64,000 nucleotides of DNA, from positions 13,456,001 to 13,520,000 of the forward strand of contig OZ249436.1 in assembly GCA_965235115.1 (NCBI GenBank). Direction: 5' to 3'. The translations under genes were made by a program, and so were the position numbers. The notes beneath the pieces are model-generated. The model searched no databases, was not told where the DNA came from, and saw only the letters and a list, made by a program, of their open reading frames with translations. This document shows, piece after piece, positions 14,001 through 26,500 of the stretch; the first letter of the stretch is position 1, and each line of letters starts with the position of its first letter. Source of the DNA: Laetmonice hystrix (Eukaryota).

Positions 14001-14290
14001 CTTATGATGAAACATCTGATGAGCACCGTGCAACAAATCTTCTCTTTAGTACTGATGAGGACTTCAAACACATTGACATGAGCCGGTTTGGTCCCTTCAA
14101 TCCAACCCATGGTTTTTCCTCTTTCAAGTTCATCCCAGGGACTGAGGATTCAATCATGGTCGCCTTGAAGTCTGAGGAAGATGCTGGAAAAATAGTTTCA
14201 TATATCATGGCCTTCAACATGGATGGAGACTTCCTTATGGAAGAATCCAAGATTGCAGAAGTTAAGCTGGAAGGAGTAGAGTTTATATAA
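11064..14290 (+). CDS. CANT1: Soluble calcium-activated nucleotidase 1 (apyrase), 3 coding exons
   Basis: Exons 11064-11691, 12581-12784, 13920-14290 join in frame. N-terminal signal-anchor ([17 protein letters not shown]) and apyrase motifs [77 protein letters not shown]. Start codon uncertain (11064 or 11121). Confidence 0.95.
12095..12545 (+). mobile_element. Probable SINE remnant in CANT1 intron 1
   Basis: CTCCGGTTTCCTCC motif typical of V/CORE-type SINE bodies and an (ACCC)n tail. Boundaries approximate. Confidence 0.45.
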
Positions 14291-15515
14291 ATCATGTGAC
14301 TGTGATATAGTGTTTTTTATGTATCTATGGTAACACCCTGACCAAAAATACTTTCAAGGCAATTAGTTAATTGTAATTTTGGTAATCCTCTATGTTTAAC
14401 ATCAGGGAACCTAGATGCAATTCGATACAGTTTTTAATTCAACAAATGGTAACACCTAAGCTGTCAGTAAAATGATTTTGGAGCAATAGTTCTTTTCTAT
14501 ATAAAAGTGTGAATGGAAGCTATGCCCCACATTATGAAGTTACTACTATTGGTACATGTACGTGTTTTACATGTACAGTGTATTTTTTAAATTCAGCATT
14601 TAAATACTGGTATCTATTGATACTTCCTCCAGTTTGACAGTTTGAAGAAGCCATTTTCTAAAGACTAAGGTAATACATGTATTTGTCTGTCACTGTTGAT
14701 AAGAAGTGAGGTACTGCTGAGTGCCATACCCAAGTCCACATTCATGCAGGTAATTGTTATGTAGTTGATTGGAAAAAAATTTAAATAAAGTTTTCTACTT
14801 ATCTGTAAAGAATGTTTACATTAGAACCAAAGAGTGTAAGGTACATTGTGTACATGAAAATGATGTAAAGAGGATTTCAGAAATTAGTGAAAATGACCGT
14901 GTTATGGCTGTATGAATCCTGTGTAACAATTGTTTATTCCTAAGTCACTCTCAGTAATGCATGTGTGTTCGTATCACACTTAAAGGTTTCAAATATGATG
15001 TATAATTTTCTTTTCAAACGTTAATGAAATGAAGCTTATGATTTATAATCGGGTGGCAGGCTTTAGGTGAGTGCCTTTAATTGTACACAAATGATACGTT
15101 TAGAATACTGTGGGGCAAAAGGAGCACTGTGGGGCAAAAGGAGCCACAGGTTGTGTCTGTATGTACATACACTGTGAATGTGTTAAGATATCATACCCAA
15201 CGTTAAGGCTATTGTCTTAACACGAATGCTTTTCTATTAATGAGCATTTTTATCCTACCAATATGCTGATCTGATCGGTTTATAAGTTGATGTGAGGGCA
15301 CCATAAAAATAAGAACTGTGCAATCATTAAACCCTGGGGCAGTCTGTTACAAAGAATATCCCATATCATTCCTTAAAATCACCTTTTTCAAGGTTAGTGT
15401 GAAAAAATAGATAACAGGCTTAAATATGCGTACACTATGCGTATTGCTACATAATTCTCAATTACGTAGCCTGAGATAGACTATGTACAACGAAACAGCC
15501 CCCCCCTCCCCTCCC

Positions 15516-16157
15516 CCGTAATTTTTTCCGAGTATAGGCCGTTCCTATGTATAAGCCACAGGCCTTTTTGTTAGAGAAAACTGATAGCAAAAAATTAATG
15601 TTTCGGACGCCAATCGTACCAAATTTGGGCCCCAACCCCCAACGCTATAAACACGCTGAAACGTCTATCAGTAAGATGCTGCGCCAGTCTGGCCATAGTG
15701 TGTCCAGACGCCAGCCCAGTGCCACCATCGCCTCCCATTGAAAGCAATACGACACCCCTTTATTTTTGGAATCCATCTCATTGTAATATTCCCATATAAA
15801 ACAATGGGTGTTAGTGTTAACGGGACACCACGGGTTTTGGTGATCTTGCCCCGTATCTCCCACTCTCGCTGTCTATATCTGTGTCTATACATATTTCTTT
15901 AAATCTATATCATTGTAAAACATAAATACTGTGAAAACATTACTTTGCATTGAATACTACCAGTAGGCCTAAACATTTCAACAAGGTTGTGGAGTCCCTT
16001 ATTAGAGGTGGCGACACCTAGGGATAATATCCCGTACTATGTTATAGGCCGACTTTATGTCCAGAAAAGATCCATTGTGGCCAAGTGCAAGCCGCACTCG
16101 TAATTGATGGTTAATTTGAGGAGGAAAAAAGTTCGTCTTATACTCAGAAAATTACGG
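15516..16157. mobile_element. pogo/Tigger-like non-autonomous element
   Basis: Imperfect TIRs CCGTAATTTTTTCCGAGTATAGGCCG / CGTCTTATACTCAGAAAATTACGG. Confidence 0.6.
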
Positions 16158-19100
16158 GGTAATCAGTAGATATCGATGTGAGGAGTACATATTTTGTCCC
16201 AAGACGTTGTATTCAAAATGCTATGTATAGCACAGATACATGAAACTTTCTTTTTGTTGGTTTTGTAAACACCAAATCACCAAAACGGATAAGAACACTA
16301 ATCGAAGATAAAACTTGTAACTGCAGTGCTCAGTATCACCTTCAGAAATATCTGTAAGGTATGGTACATCTAGTAGAACTGAACTACTGGAGATAGGGGA
16401 AATAACCCAGTACTATATGGATGCAAAACAACGATCGAGAATCTATAAATAGTGTCTTTTTTTGGTCCAAGATATCCAGCAATGGTGTCAGGCACAAGTC
16501 TATATGGAATTGTTAGTTTACTGTAGATAAATTATAGATTTCACAATTGCAAGGAAAGAGAACAGTTTATATTTGTACTTTCCAAAACAATTAAAAGAAT
16601 AAAATCCGTTTTTTTTCACCTTTAATATTGGTACTTTCAAGATTGTGGTTTATTTTAAAATATTATTGCGAAGTGCAACTGTCAGGGCACATCAACGTTG
16701 CCCAGTCACTCAGGAAATTGCGTTTCACATACCGCCTACCACGTGTCATCTAACATAACTCCATTTTTAAAATACTGTTTACCCCTCGAACCTGAAACTT
16801 TAACATGGTGTCACTGGCGTTCAAAGTTAAGTATTTGAGGAATTTGGGGCGTCACTTTAAAATGCATAATTAGAAGTACCAGAGCCAAATGATTTTTTTT
16901 TTTTGGGGGGGGGGGGGGGGAGCACCTCATCAGTTTTAAAAGGAAGACAGGGCTAAAATACTGTCAATCGGGAATATTCTTGCCAAAAATAATTACCCCC
17001 CCCCCCTTGTTGTGTGCATCACAATTTCAGGTTTGCAACACTTGATGTATTTCTACCCCTCATACTGTAATACCGGTTATTAATTCATAGTAACTTTCCC
17101 ACGACATTTTTGGAAAGGGATAAGGTCAGGGCTAGGGATAGTGATAGATTTTTACTTCTAACCAAATTTCCTGGGGTTTAAGTTACCATGAATTATATAC
17201 CGTAATACCGTTGGTAATTAACCTTGCGATGTACACGTACAACGCCTGAATGTCAAACCTGTGAAAATACTTCCCTTAATATTAAGGGCATACCAGTCTA
17301 AGAAGAAAAGAACGCTACAAGCAGTTTGATTTTTCGCAGTTACCCCTGGTATTTTATTCAGAAACGGTCTGTGGTTATGGCCAGAATGATCCATGTGAGC
17401 ACATAGTCTTCTCCTTACCATTTACATGTACATACCGCACAGTAGTAGCTTTATCATACATGTATATGATATATATTACAGCAGTTCGTTTGATATACTT
17501 GGATTGTTATCCAACCTGATCTTGTATTTTCCATTTGTAAGACACAAGCTATAATTTGTGTTCATTTACCGTCTATATATCTCCAACTTGGGGGGGGGGG
17601 GGCGCACAGGTATACTCTCTCTTTCTCTGCACACTAATTCTACCACTGAATATTGTTATAATCATCTGAAGGTAAAAGGTTACGTTTTTTTGCATCAGTG
17701 GTGGTGAACGTTTTCAATATTTTTCCTGTTATAAGACATTCTTCTTCCACCCTTCACCTTCCCAACGTGGACCATGCTAGACCTCTTATTGCCATTTTCT
17801 GCATAGCAGGTACAACAGCTGGGGCAGTGCCATACAAATTGAATGAGGATGTGGTTATCCATTATTGTCCTTATAAGCTGAAAACTATAAACGACGCTCT
17901 TACAATTCAATAAAGACACTGTTTGAAGTTTCATTTACGCTCCAAACTTTATTAGACCAAAGATGCATTCTCTACAAAAAATATTAGAAAACGTTTTGGT
18001 CGAATTTTCCTAAATCAACGTTATGCAGAAATGCAAGCACATCGGAGTTATTTAAGATTGCTTTTTCCCAGCAAAAATCTTACCACGAATAACTGTAATA
18101 AATGTTTACGTTGCATCATCCTAAATGCACGGATGCAGAGAGGGTAAATGAAACTACTGGTATTCAAAATTAATACGGTGTGCCTTTGCATGTTTTTTTT
18201 TTCTAATCTAAACGAGACCCGCTTTTATATTTCTCTGTATGTACACAAGTTGAATCCCCCCAGCTTATTATTATAGTTTATAATGCATTTAACAATGTAC
18301 CTGGTACATGAATGAACCATGACTTACCAGAGCTGGCTTGCTCTTTACTAAGCGTGTTGCTTTCAACACTGAAGCATCTTTCGCACTCCTTTGACCACAA
18401 CAAGGCCACATCGGACCAATTGACTTGGCTACATCAGAATATTTCCTATTACACCTCCACTTTGTGCAGCGAAATAAAGACGTGAAATTACTGCTGACTT
18501 GAAGAGATGGAGCTTCAGCACTTGTTAGTAATCAAAGTCCTGGACTTTTCAAACACAATTTATAAAAGGATGGGCAGTTTGCCTGCACCACCTACATTTT
18601 TACCAGCTATTTGTATCAGCCCAGCAGCATGCCTGTACAGAGTTGCATAGCAGCCAGGTTAAACTATGGACAGAAGCACCACACCTCTTCTGACATTGTA
18701 CCCTGAGCACCCCATCCCAACACTCGCCATTACTACTACCCTGGCCAGAGCCAGCACTCTCTGCCTCACCACCTGTGTACATTGACACCCAGTACCATCC
18801 AACTGCCTATTGGCTCTGGTCCTACATTCCAATATACCCCGGTACCAGTCTGCTGTTCCAAATCGACAGAAAAAAACATTTAGTAAGAGTATTGATTAAC
18901 TTATTGACAGGGTTTTCACGCTTCCTTCTGTTCACTGTGACAATGCTGCAAAAAGGAGTATTAGCAGATAATCTTACCTCTGCGAAATTTCCCGATGTAA
19001 TTTTGAAAAACCTAATTATCAAATTCTGACTTAAAATTATGCACCTCCATATATAAACACCTAATATATCCAGATTAATTTCTGCAATTACTCCATGTTA

Positions 19101-20555
19101 ATAATTACTTTGGGTAGAGATTCTGTGTTTCCTTTACACTGTGTAAAGAAGTGTTAAGGTAATTTTCCACAGAATTTCAACTACATTTACTATTTAGCAC
19201 TGTCTCTGCCAATGTTATAGAAATGCTGGGCCGTAAAGCACAATAAATAAAATTGGTTTACATTTGGATTGTTCTGCGTGAGGCAAATATTTTCAATTAA
19301 TCAGCTATCATTGCAGCCTACCAATATTGTTCATCCTCTAGCATCACAGTAGACGTGTTATTTCCTCATTAGTTTTTTAAAAGTACCGCAAGATGAAGAA
19401 GTAGACACATATCATAATTCAGAACAAAACACAAACAACTGCTTTGTATGTAAGATGCATATATACAAAAAAAACATTAACTTGCCTCGAATAATGTGTT
19501 TAATGGTGCCTACCCGATCTTCTACTTTTCAGACAAGTACCTGGTAGTTCAGGTGCTACCACCTAGCGTTACGTATTACTCTGTCTTAACTTTCTTGGCA
19601 TTTCATTCACTCAAGAGAAATTGTAGGAAAGTGGATCACTCATGGCCATAAGAGGCCAGCTAAATGTAACACCATCTCACTGGTAGACTCTCTCGAGGGA
19701 AGCCTTGTAAGAACAGAACAAGTGTATGTATACGAGTGTATCAAGGATGGACTTAAAGAGCAGACTCAAAATTTCACTTCACTTCCCAATCCTGAATAAC
19801 ACAATTGTATTTCGGGGTAGGTCCTCACTGTTGCTTCATTTGAGTGGATATTCTTTATATTAGTGCAGTAAAAACTGCAAACATCAATTACCAGTACTGC
19901 CATCAGCACAAGCAAAACAAATCAACTTACTTGTAGACTCTATGAACAGGTTAGCAACGTGACAGTAATTGACGGATCCGCTTATACAGAAGTTTTCAAG
20001 TCTGTTTGCAGGCCGAGATCGATAAACCTGATCGAAGTAAAACAAAGTGAATATCTTCGACTTCTATGCATACTTGAAACACGTGTATATAATCAGCACT
20101 TGCCAGAGGTCAATTTCATTTCCTGTATATAGTCCTGTATATTGTTCGACACCAGGCTCCCCAGACTCGGCTAGCTTTTATTGCATTACCTCCCAAGTGC
20201 CAAAACCAACAGACATTACTCATCAAATGAATTCTTTTGCCATGAACATTACATTGAAGTAACATCACATCACCAGGAGGCAACCGACATTCAGGAAAAA
20301 AGATAACGCCTGGCGCAAGAATGGATATTCAATCAACAATTTCCTTGAATAAATCATTCTTTTTTTGTCCATGTTCCTGAAAGATTTCATCTGATTTTAA
20401 GCAGTGATATGAAGAACAGACTGCTATAGGAGCCTGTTTCATGTGGATGACGAAGAAAGCCTATTGAATGCAATGTCCAAGGACAGGAATCGGTGAGAAG
20501 TTGGATCACTTCAAGTATAGGCCAGTAGTCGGTGTTGGACGTGCCGACCAGATCT

Positions 20556-23500
20556 TTACTGAATCACCTTCAGTACCTTGCCAATGGCAATTGTTTTACC
20601 TGAAAGAAGAAAGATATTTCTCAATAAATACTTCAATAAATTACCGAAAATGTTCATCATGCTAATGGATTCTTGGGATATGGAAAATTAGGAATTTAGT
20701 GCGACAGTCCTGAAGCATTCTGTACAGCTCTATGTAGAACCAGATGCCATATTAAATCAAAATCTTTATTGAATGAATCAGACCTCGACTGAATAGTTGT
20801 GCATAGTGGGTGAATAATCTGTGGGAGCTGCAAGCAATGTGTTCTACCTTCATCTCTGAGTGTGAACCGTCCCATCTGGGGGAACTCTTTGAAGGCCTCC
20901 AGGCAGATGGTGCCTCCTGTCACCTCCAGCCTCACGATGGCTATTTGGTCCTGCTTCACAAACCTAGGCCGAACCTTGGACTTTTCGCCAGTTTTACGGT
21001 CAATCAGACAAATAAGGTTCTGAAAAGAACATGAAAGACATACACCGATAATGAATATCGTTTATAAAAAGTGCATACCATCCATTTCCCTTATCAGATT
21101 AGTTTTATAGTTTATTTCATTATATTTGGTTGCTTGATGCGGAGGCATTGATAGCAGGTTACCAGCTTACCCAGTACATATCTAGTATAGGAGAGATTAC
21201 ATGCCATCCACTAACCTTGATTGTACACTCTTCCGCACATGTATGAATATGCATTACTGCACTATAACCAGCACAGATGATGGACTTGTGTTCTAAAATG
21301 ACAATCTGGAATGTAAAAAATGTATTCAAGAATGGCATTAGTGTTGTTTTTTTACCCTTTACTTACCCAACAATTTTTAATGAATAACCCTTCCTAAGAG
21401 ATCAACTAAAGGGGGAAGAAAGTGTCTGTATTGGACCAGTGATCGCCACATTGGTCACGGATGTAAAGGATGGATACACATGTATCAGGATTCTTCCCTC
21501 GCGTCAAAACGACTGACCGTAAAACATAGGCTGGACGAAATATTGTAGGCGACACATGTGTAGGGAGCACAGATCTATGAACGTGTTATCTCAGAATAAT
21601 CATTTTTTCCACATGACTTCTTCAGACAGGGATAACTTTAACATCATTGACAACATTTCTGGGCTGGATCCAGCAAATATCACGTGGTCAGGCTCATGCA
21701 AAGTTAAACACTTTCTCTGAGACAACATACACGCGAGTTTAACCATTTCACTCAGCCATAACGGCCAATAGTTTCTAATATTCAATAAATATCGCACTCT
21801 AATGAAGACAGTGGCCTAACTAAGGTCTTGTTATTAATGACATCGTTTATTTGCACAGGAGTCGGTAACAGACCAACTGGTTATGAATTAGTGGCCTCCC
21901 ATTCACTTCTAGAAAACTTAATGATATCAATAATAACAAAACCTTAATCAGACGGTCCCCAGGTGTTAAAATAGTAAGGATATTATGTAAGGTAAAGACA
22001 ATGAGTCTGCCACTTTGTCCCGATCAGTACTTTTATGTAAGCTAGGAAACTGACCTCTATAAAAGACCGATACCGGTAGCAACTATTGAGGCAGTTTAAG
22101 TGTTATCTCAGATCAATTGATGTCCACAGCCCAGAGGGTTCAGACAGGGATAACTTGTAGCATCACCGGTAACACTCGACTCAACTGCTGACAATAGTAA
22201 TACTACTCCTGCGACATGTAAAAAAAAATTAGTCTTCTATTTTCAATATACTTAATTGAATGTTTACCTTGATGAACAAGATCCCTCACCTAGTGAAGTA
22301 TTCTTCACCGTTATCTATCAGTATCTGTTTTTAAGTGATTAAACAATTTACTAACAAGGAGTTTACATGAAAGTTGACTGCAGTTATCATCTCAGACATA
22401 CATTTCCTATCCACATTTGACAAGGATACCATGCCTTTACTATAGTTACACGTAGCCAACATCCCCGAATTAAGAAAGGGCTAATTGCAGTGGGCAAATT
22501 ACTTTTTAATACGTGATAAGATTGAAGTAAAGGAAAGTCAAGACACAAAACACAATCACACCTTCATTCATTCATTACTGTCATCTCAGAGATAAGCTTT
22601 CTGTCCACATTTCTGATTGTTCAGACAGGGATAACTTGAGACATCATTGACAACACAGCTTTCTTAGTTACATGTATCCAGTGTCCCAGACCTGACACAA
22701 ATACTTGACAGAATCATCCACACATTCAGACCCTGCCAACATACAGGAGCAATTCCTCTTGCTCTCATCCACTCCTGTCAATTTGAAAGGTATCAGTCCT
22801 GTAACCCAACATATGGGAGCTAGTGATCGCTCCTGTGCTCATTTTATAAGGCAGACACTACACACGTGACATCCTAGAAAATAGAGGCTAGTGATTTACT
22901 TAGGGTCTAGAAAGATATTTTTTGGCTACACTAATTACTTCTCAATAATATGAGAGATCAAAGTGAATAGAATTCTTTTAAATTCTAATCGGAAAGTCAT
23001 GGGAGTATGTGCCAATTGCAATCATACTTTCTTTTGCTCAGTTACTGTCATCTCAGAGATAACTTTTGCTGTAATATGACTATCAACTTTATTACCCGTA
23101 CATCAACAAGAACAGCGTAAGCTAACAGGGAAAAGGCTCCACATCCCAGTGAGAATTCCAAGTTTAGTTTGTGTTATCTCAGATGAGTACAACATGTCCA
23201 CAGTACACAAAATGTTCAGACAGGGATAACTTGTAGCATCACTGACAACACTTCATTGAATTCAAGTAAATACATTTAATCTTAATGCACAAACTAAGTA
23301 TAAGATTAGATCTCTGTTAATACAGTACCCAACATTCCAAACCTGACACAATTCTTGACGCAATAGTCACACATGTTTAATCCAAGAATTAAGAGAATAA
23401 GAAGATTTAGCTTTTTATAGTTACACTTTTTCACACTGAAATTAAAGATGGCATGTGCCACATGCAATCACCCTTTCATTCATCCATTACTGTCATCTCA

Positions 23501-26500
23501 GAGATAAGCTTTCTGTCCACATTTCTGATTGTTCAGACAGGGATAACTTGAGACATCATTGACAACACAGCTTTCTTAGTTACATGTATCCAATGTCCCA
23601 GACCTGACACAAATACTTGACAGAATCATCCACACATTCAGACCCTGCCAACATACAGGAGCAATTCCTCTTGCTCTCATCCACTTCTGTCAATTTGAAA
23701 GGCATCAGTCCTGTAACCCAACATATGGGAGCTAGTGATCGCTCCTGTGCTCATTTTATAAGGCAGACACTACACACGTGACATCCTAGAAAATAGAGGC
23801 TAGTGATTTACTTAGGGTCTATAGCTCATATTTTTTGGCTACACTAATTTCTTCTCAATAATATGAGAGATCAAAGTGAATAGAATTCTTTTAAATTCTA
23901 ATCGGAAAGTCATGGGAGTATGTGCCAATTGCAATCATACTTTCTTTTGCTCAGTTACTGTCATCTCAGAGATAACTTTTGCTGTAATATGACTTTCAAC
24001 TTTATTACCCGTACATCAACAAGAACAGCGTAAGCTAACAGGGAAAAGGCTCCACATCCCAGTGAGAATTCCAAGTTTAGTTTGTGTTATCTCAGATCAG
24101 TATATGTCAACAGTACACAAAATGTTCAGACAGGGATAACTTGTAGCATCACTGACAACACTTCATTGAATTCAAGTAAATACATTTAATCTTAATGCAC
24201 AAACTAAGTATAAGATTAGATCTCTGTTAATACAGTACCCAACATCCCAAACCTGACACAATTCTTGACGCAATAGTCACACATGTTTAATCCAAGAATT
24301 AAGAGAATAAGAAGATTTAGCTTTTTATAGTTACACTTTTTCACACTGAAATTAAAGATGGCATGTGCCACATGCAATCACCCTTTCATTCATCCATTAC
24401 TGTCATCTCAGAGATAAGCTTTCTGTCCACATTTCTGATTGTTCAGACAGGGATAACTTGAGACATCATTGACAACACAGCTTTCTTAGTTACATGTATC
24501 CAATGTCCCAGACCTGACACAAATACTTGACAGAATCATCCACACATTCAGACCCTGCCAACATACAGGAGCAATTCCTCTTGCTCTCTTCCACTCCTGT
24601 CAATTTGAAAGGTATCAGTCCTGTAACCCAACATATGGGAGCTAGTGATCGCTCCTGTGCTCATTTTATAAGGCAGACACTACACACGTGACATCCTGGA
24701 AAATAGAGGCTAGTGATTTACTTAGGGTCTAGAAAGATATTTTTTGGCTACACTAATTACTTCTCAATAATATGAGAGATCAAAGTGAATAGAATTCTTT
24801 TAAATTCTAATCGGAAAGTCATGGGAGTATGTGCCAATTGCAATCATACTTTCTTTTGCTCAGTTACTGTCATCTCAGAGATAACTTTTGCTGTAATATG
24901 ACTATCAACTTTATTACCCGTACATCAACAAGAACAGCGTAAGCTAACAGGGAAAAGGCTCCACATCCCAGTGAGAATTCCAAGTTTAGTTTGTGTTATC
25001 TCAGATCAGTATATGTCCACAGTACACAAAATGTTCAGACAGGGATAACTTGTAGCATCACTGACAACACTTCATTGAATTCAAGTAAATACATTTAATC
25101 TTAATGCACAAACTAAGTATAAGATTAGATCTCTGTTAATACAGTACCCAACATTCCAAACCTGACACAATTCTTGACGCAATAGTCCCACATGTTTAAT
25201 CCAAGAATTGAGAGAATAAGAAGATTTAGCTTTTTATACAGTTACACTTTTTCACACTGAAATTAAAGATGACATGTGCCACATGCAATCACCCTTTCAT
25301 TCATCCATTACTGTCATCTCAGAGATAAGCTTTCTGTCCACATTTCTGATTGTTCAGACAGGGATAACTTGAGACATCATTGACAACACAGCTTTCTTAG
25401 TTACATGTATCCAATGTCCCAGACCTGACACAAATACTTGACAGAATCATCCACACATTCAGACCCTGCCAACATACAGGAGCAATTCCTCTTGCTCTCA
25501 TCCACTCCTGTCAATTTGAAAGGCATCAGTCCTGTAACCCAACATATGGGAGCTAGTGATCGCTCCTGTGCTCATTTTATAAGGCAGACACTACACACGC
25601 GACATCCTAGAAAATAGAGGCTAGTGATTTACTTAGGGTCTATAGCTCATATTTTTTGGCTACACTAATTACTTCTCAATAATATGCGAGATCAAAGTGA
25701 ATAGAATTCTTTTAAATTCTAATCTGAAAGTCATGGGAGTATGTGCCAATTGCAATCATACTTTCTTTTGCTCAGTTACTGTCATCTTAGTGATAACTTT
25801 TGCTGTAATATGACTATCAACTTTATTACCCGTACATCAACAAGAACAGCGTAAGCTAACAGGGAAAAGGCTCCACATCCCAGTAAGAATTCCAAGTTTA
25901 GTTTGTGTTATCTCAGATGAGTACAACATGTCCACAGTACACAAAATGTTCAGACAGGGATAACTTGTAGCATCACTGACAACACTTCATTGAATTTAAG
26001 TAAATACATTTAATCTTAATGCACAAACTAAGTATAAGATTAGATCTCTGTTAATACAGTACCCAACATTCCAAACCTGACACAATTCATGACGGAATAG
26101 TCACACATGTTTAATCCAAGAATTGAGAGAATAAGAAGATTTAGCTTTTTATACAGTTACACTTTTTCACACTGAAATTAAAGATGACATGTGCCACATG
26201 CAATCACCCTTTCATTCATCCATTACTGTCATCTCAGAGATAAGCTTTCTGTCCACATTTCTGATTGTTCAGACAGGGATAACTTGAGACATCATTGACA
26301 ACACAGCTTTCTTAGTTACATGTATCCAATGTCCCAGACCTGACACAAATACTTGACAGAATCATCCACACATGCAGGGTCGCAGACCCTGCCAACATAC
26401 AGGAACAATTCCTCTTGCTCTCATCCACTCCTGTCAATTTGAAAGGCATCAGTCCTGTAACCCAACATATGGCAGCTAGTGATCGCTCCTGTGCTCATAT

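Noticed and set aside
17695..18860. Exon-like minus-strand segments downstream of GSPT1
   Set aside because: Splice-like signals exist but give no coherent or recognisable protein. Could be UTR or lncRNA; not supportable from sequence alone.
20520..20558. Hairpin (tggtcgg/ccgacta) shortly after the eRF3 stop as a readthrough signal
   Set aside because: The stop is UAA-A, a low-readthrough context, and the stem is short.
21626..21637. ACAGGGATAAC as an rDNA/NUMT fragment or I-SceI-like site
   Set aside because: Only ~12 nt match rRNA, always framed by C/D boxes on the opposite strand. The full 18-bp I-SceI site is absent.
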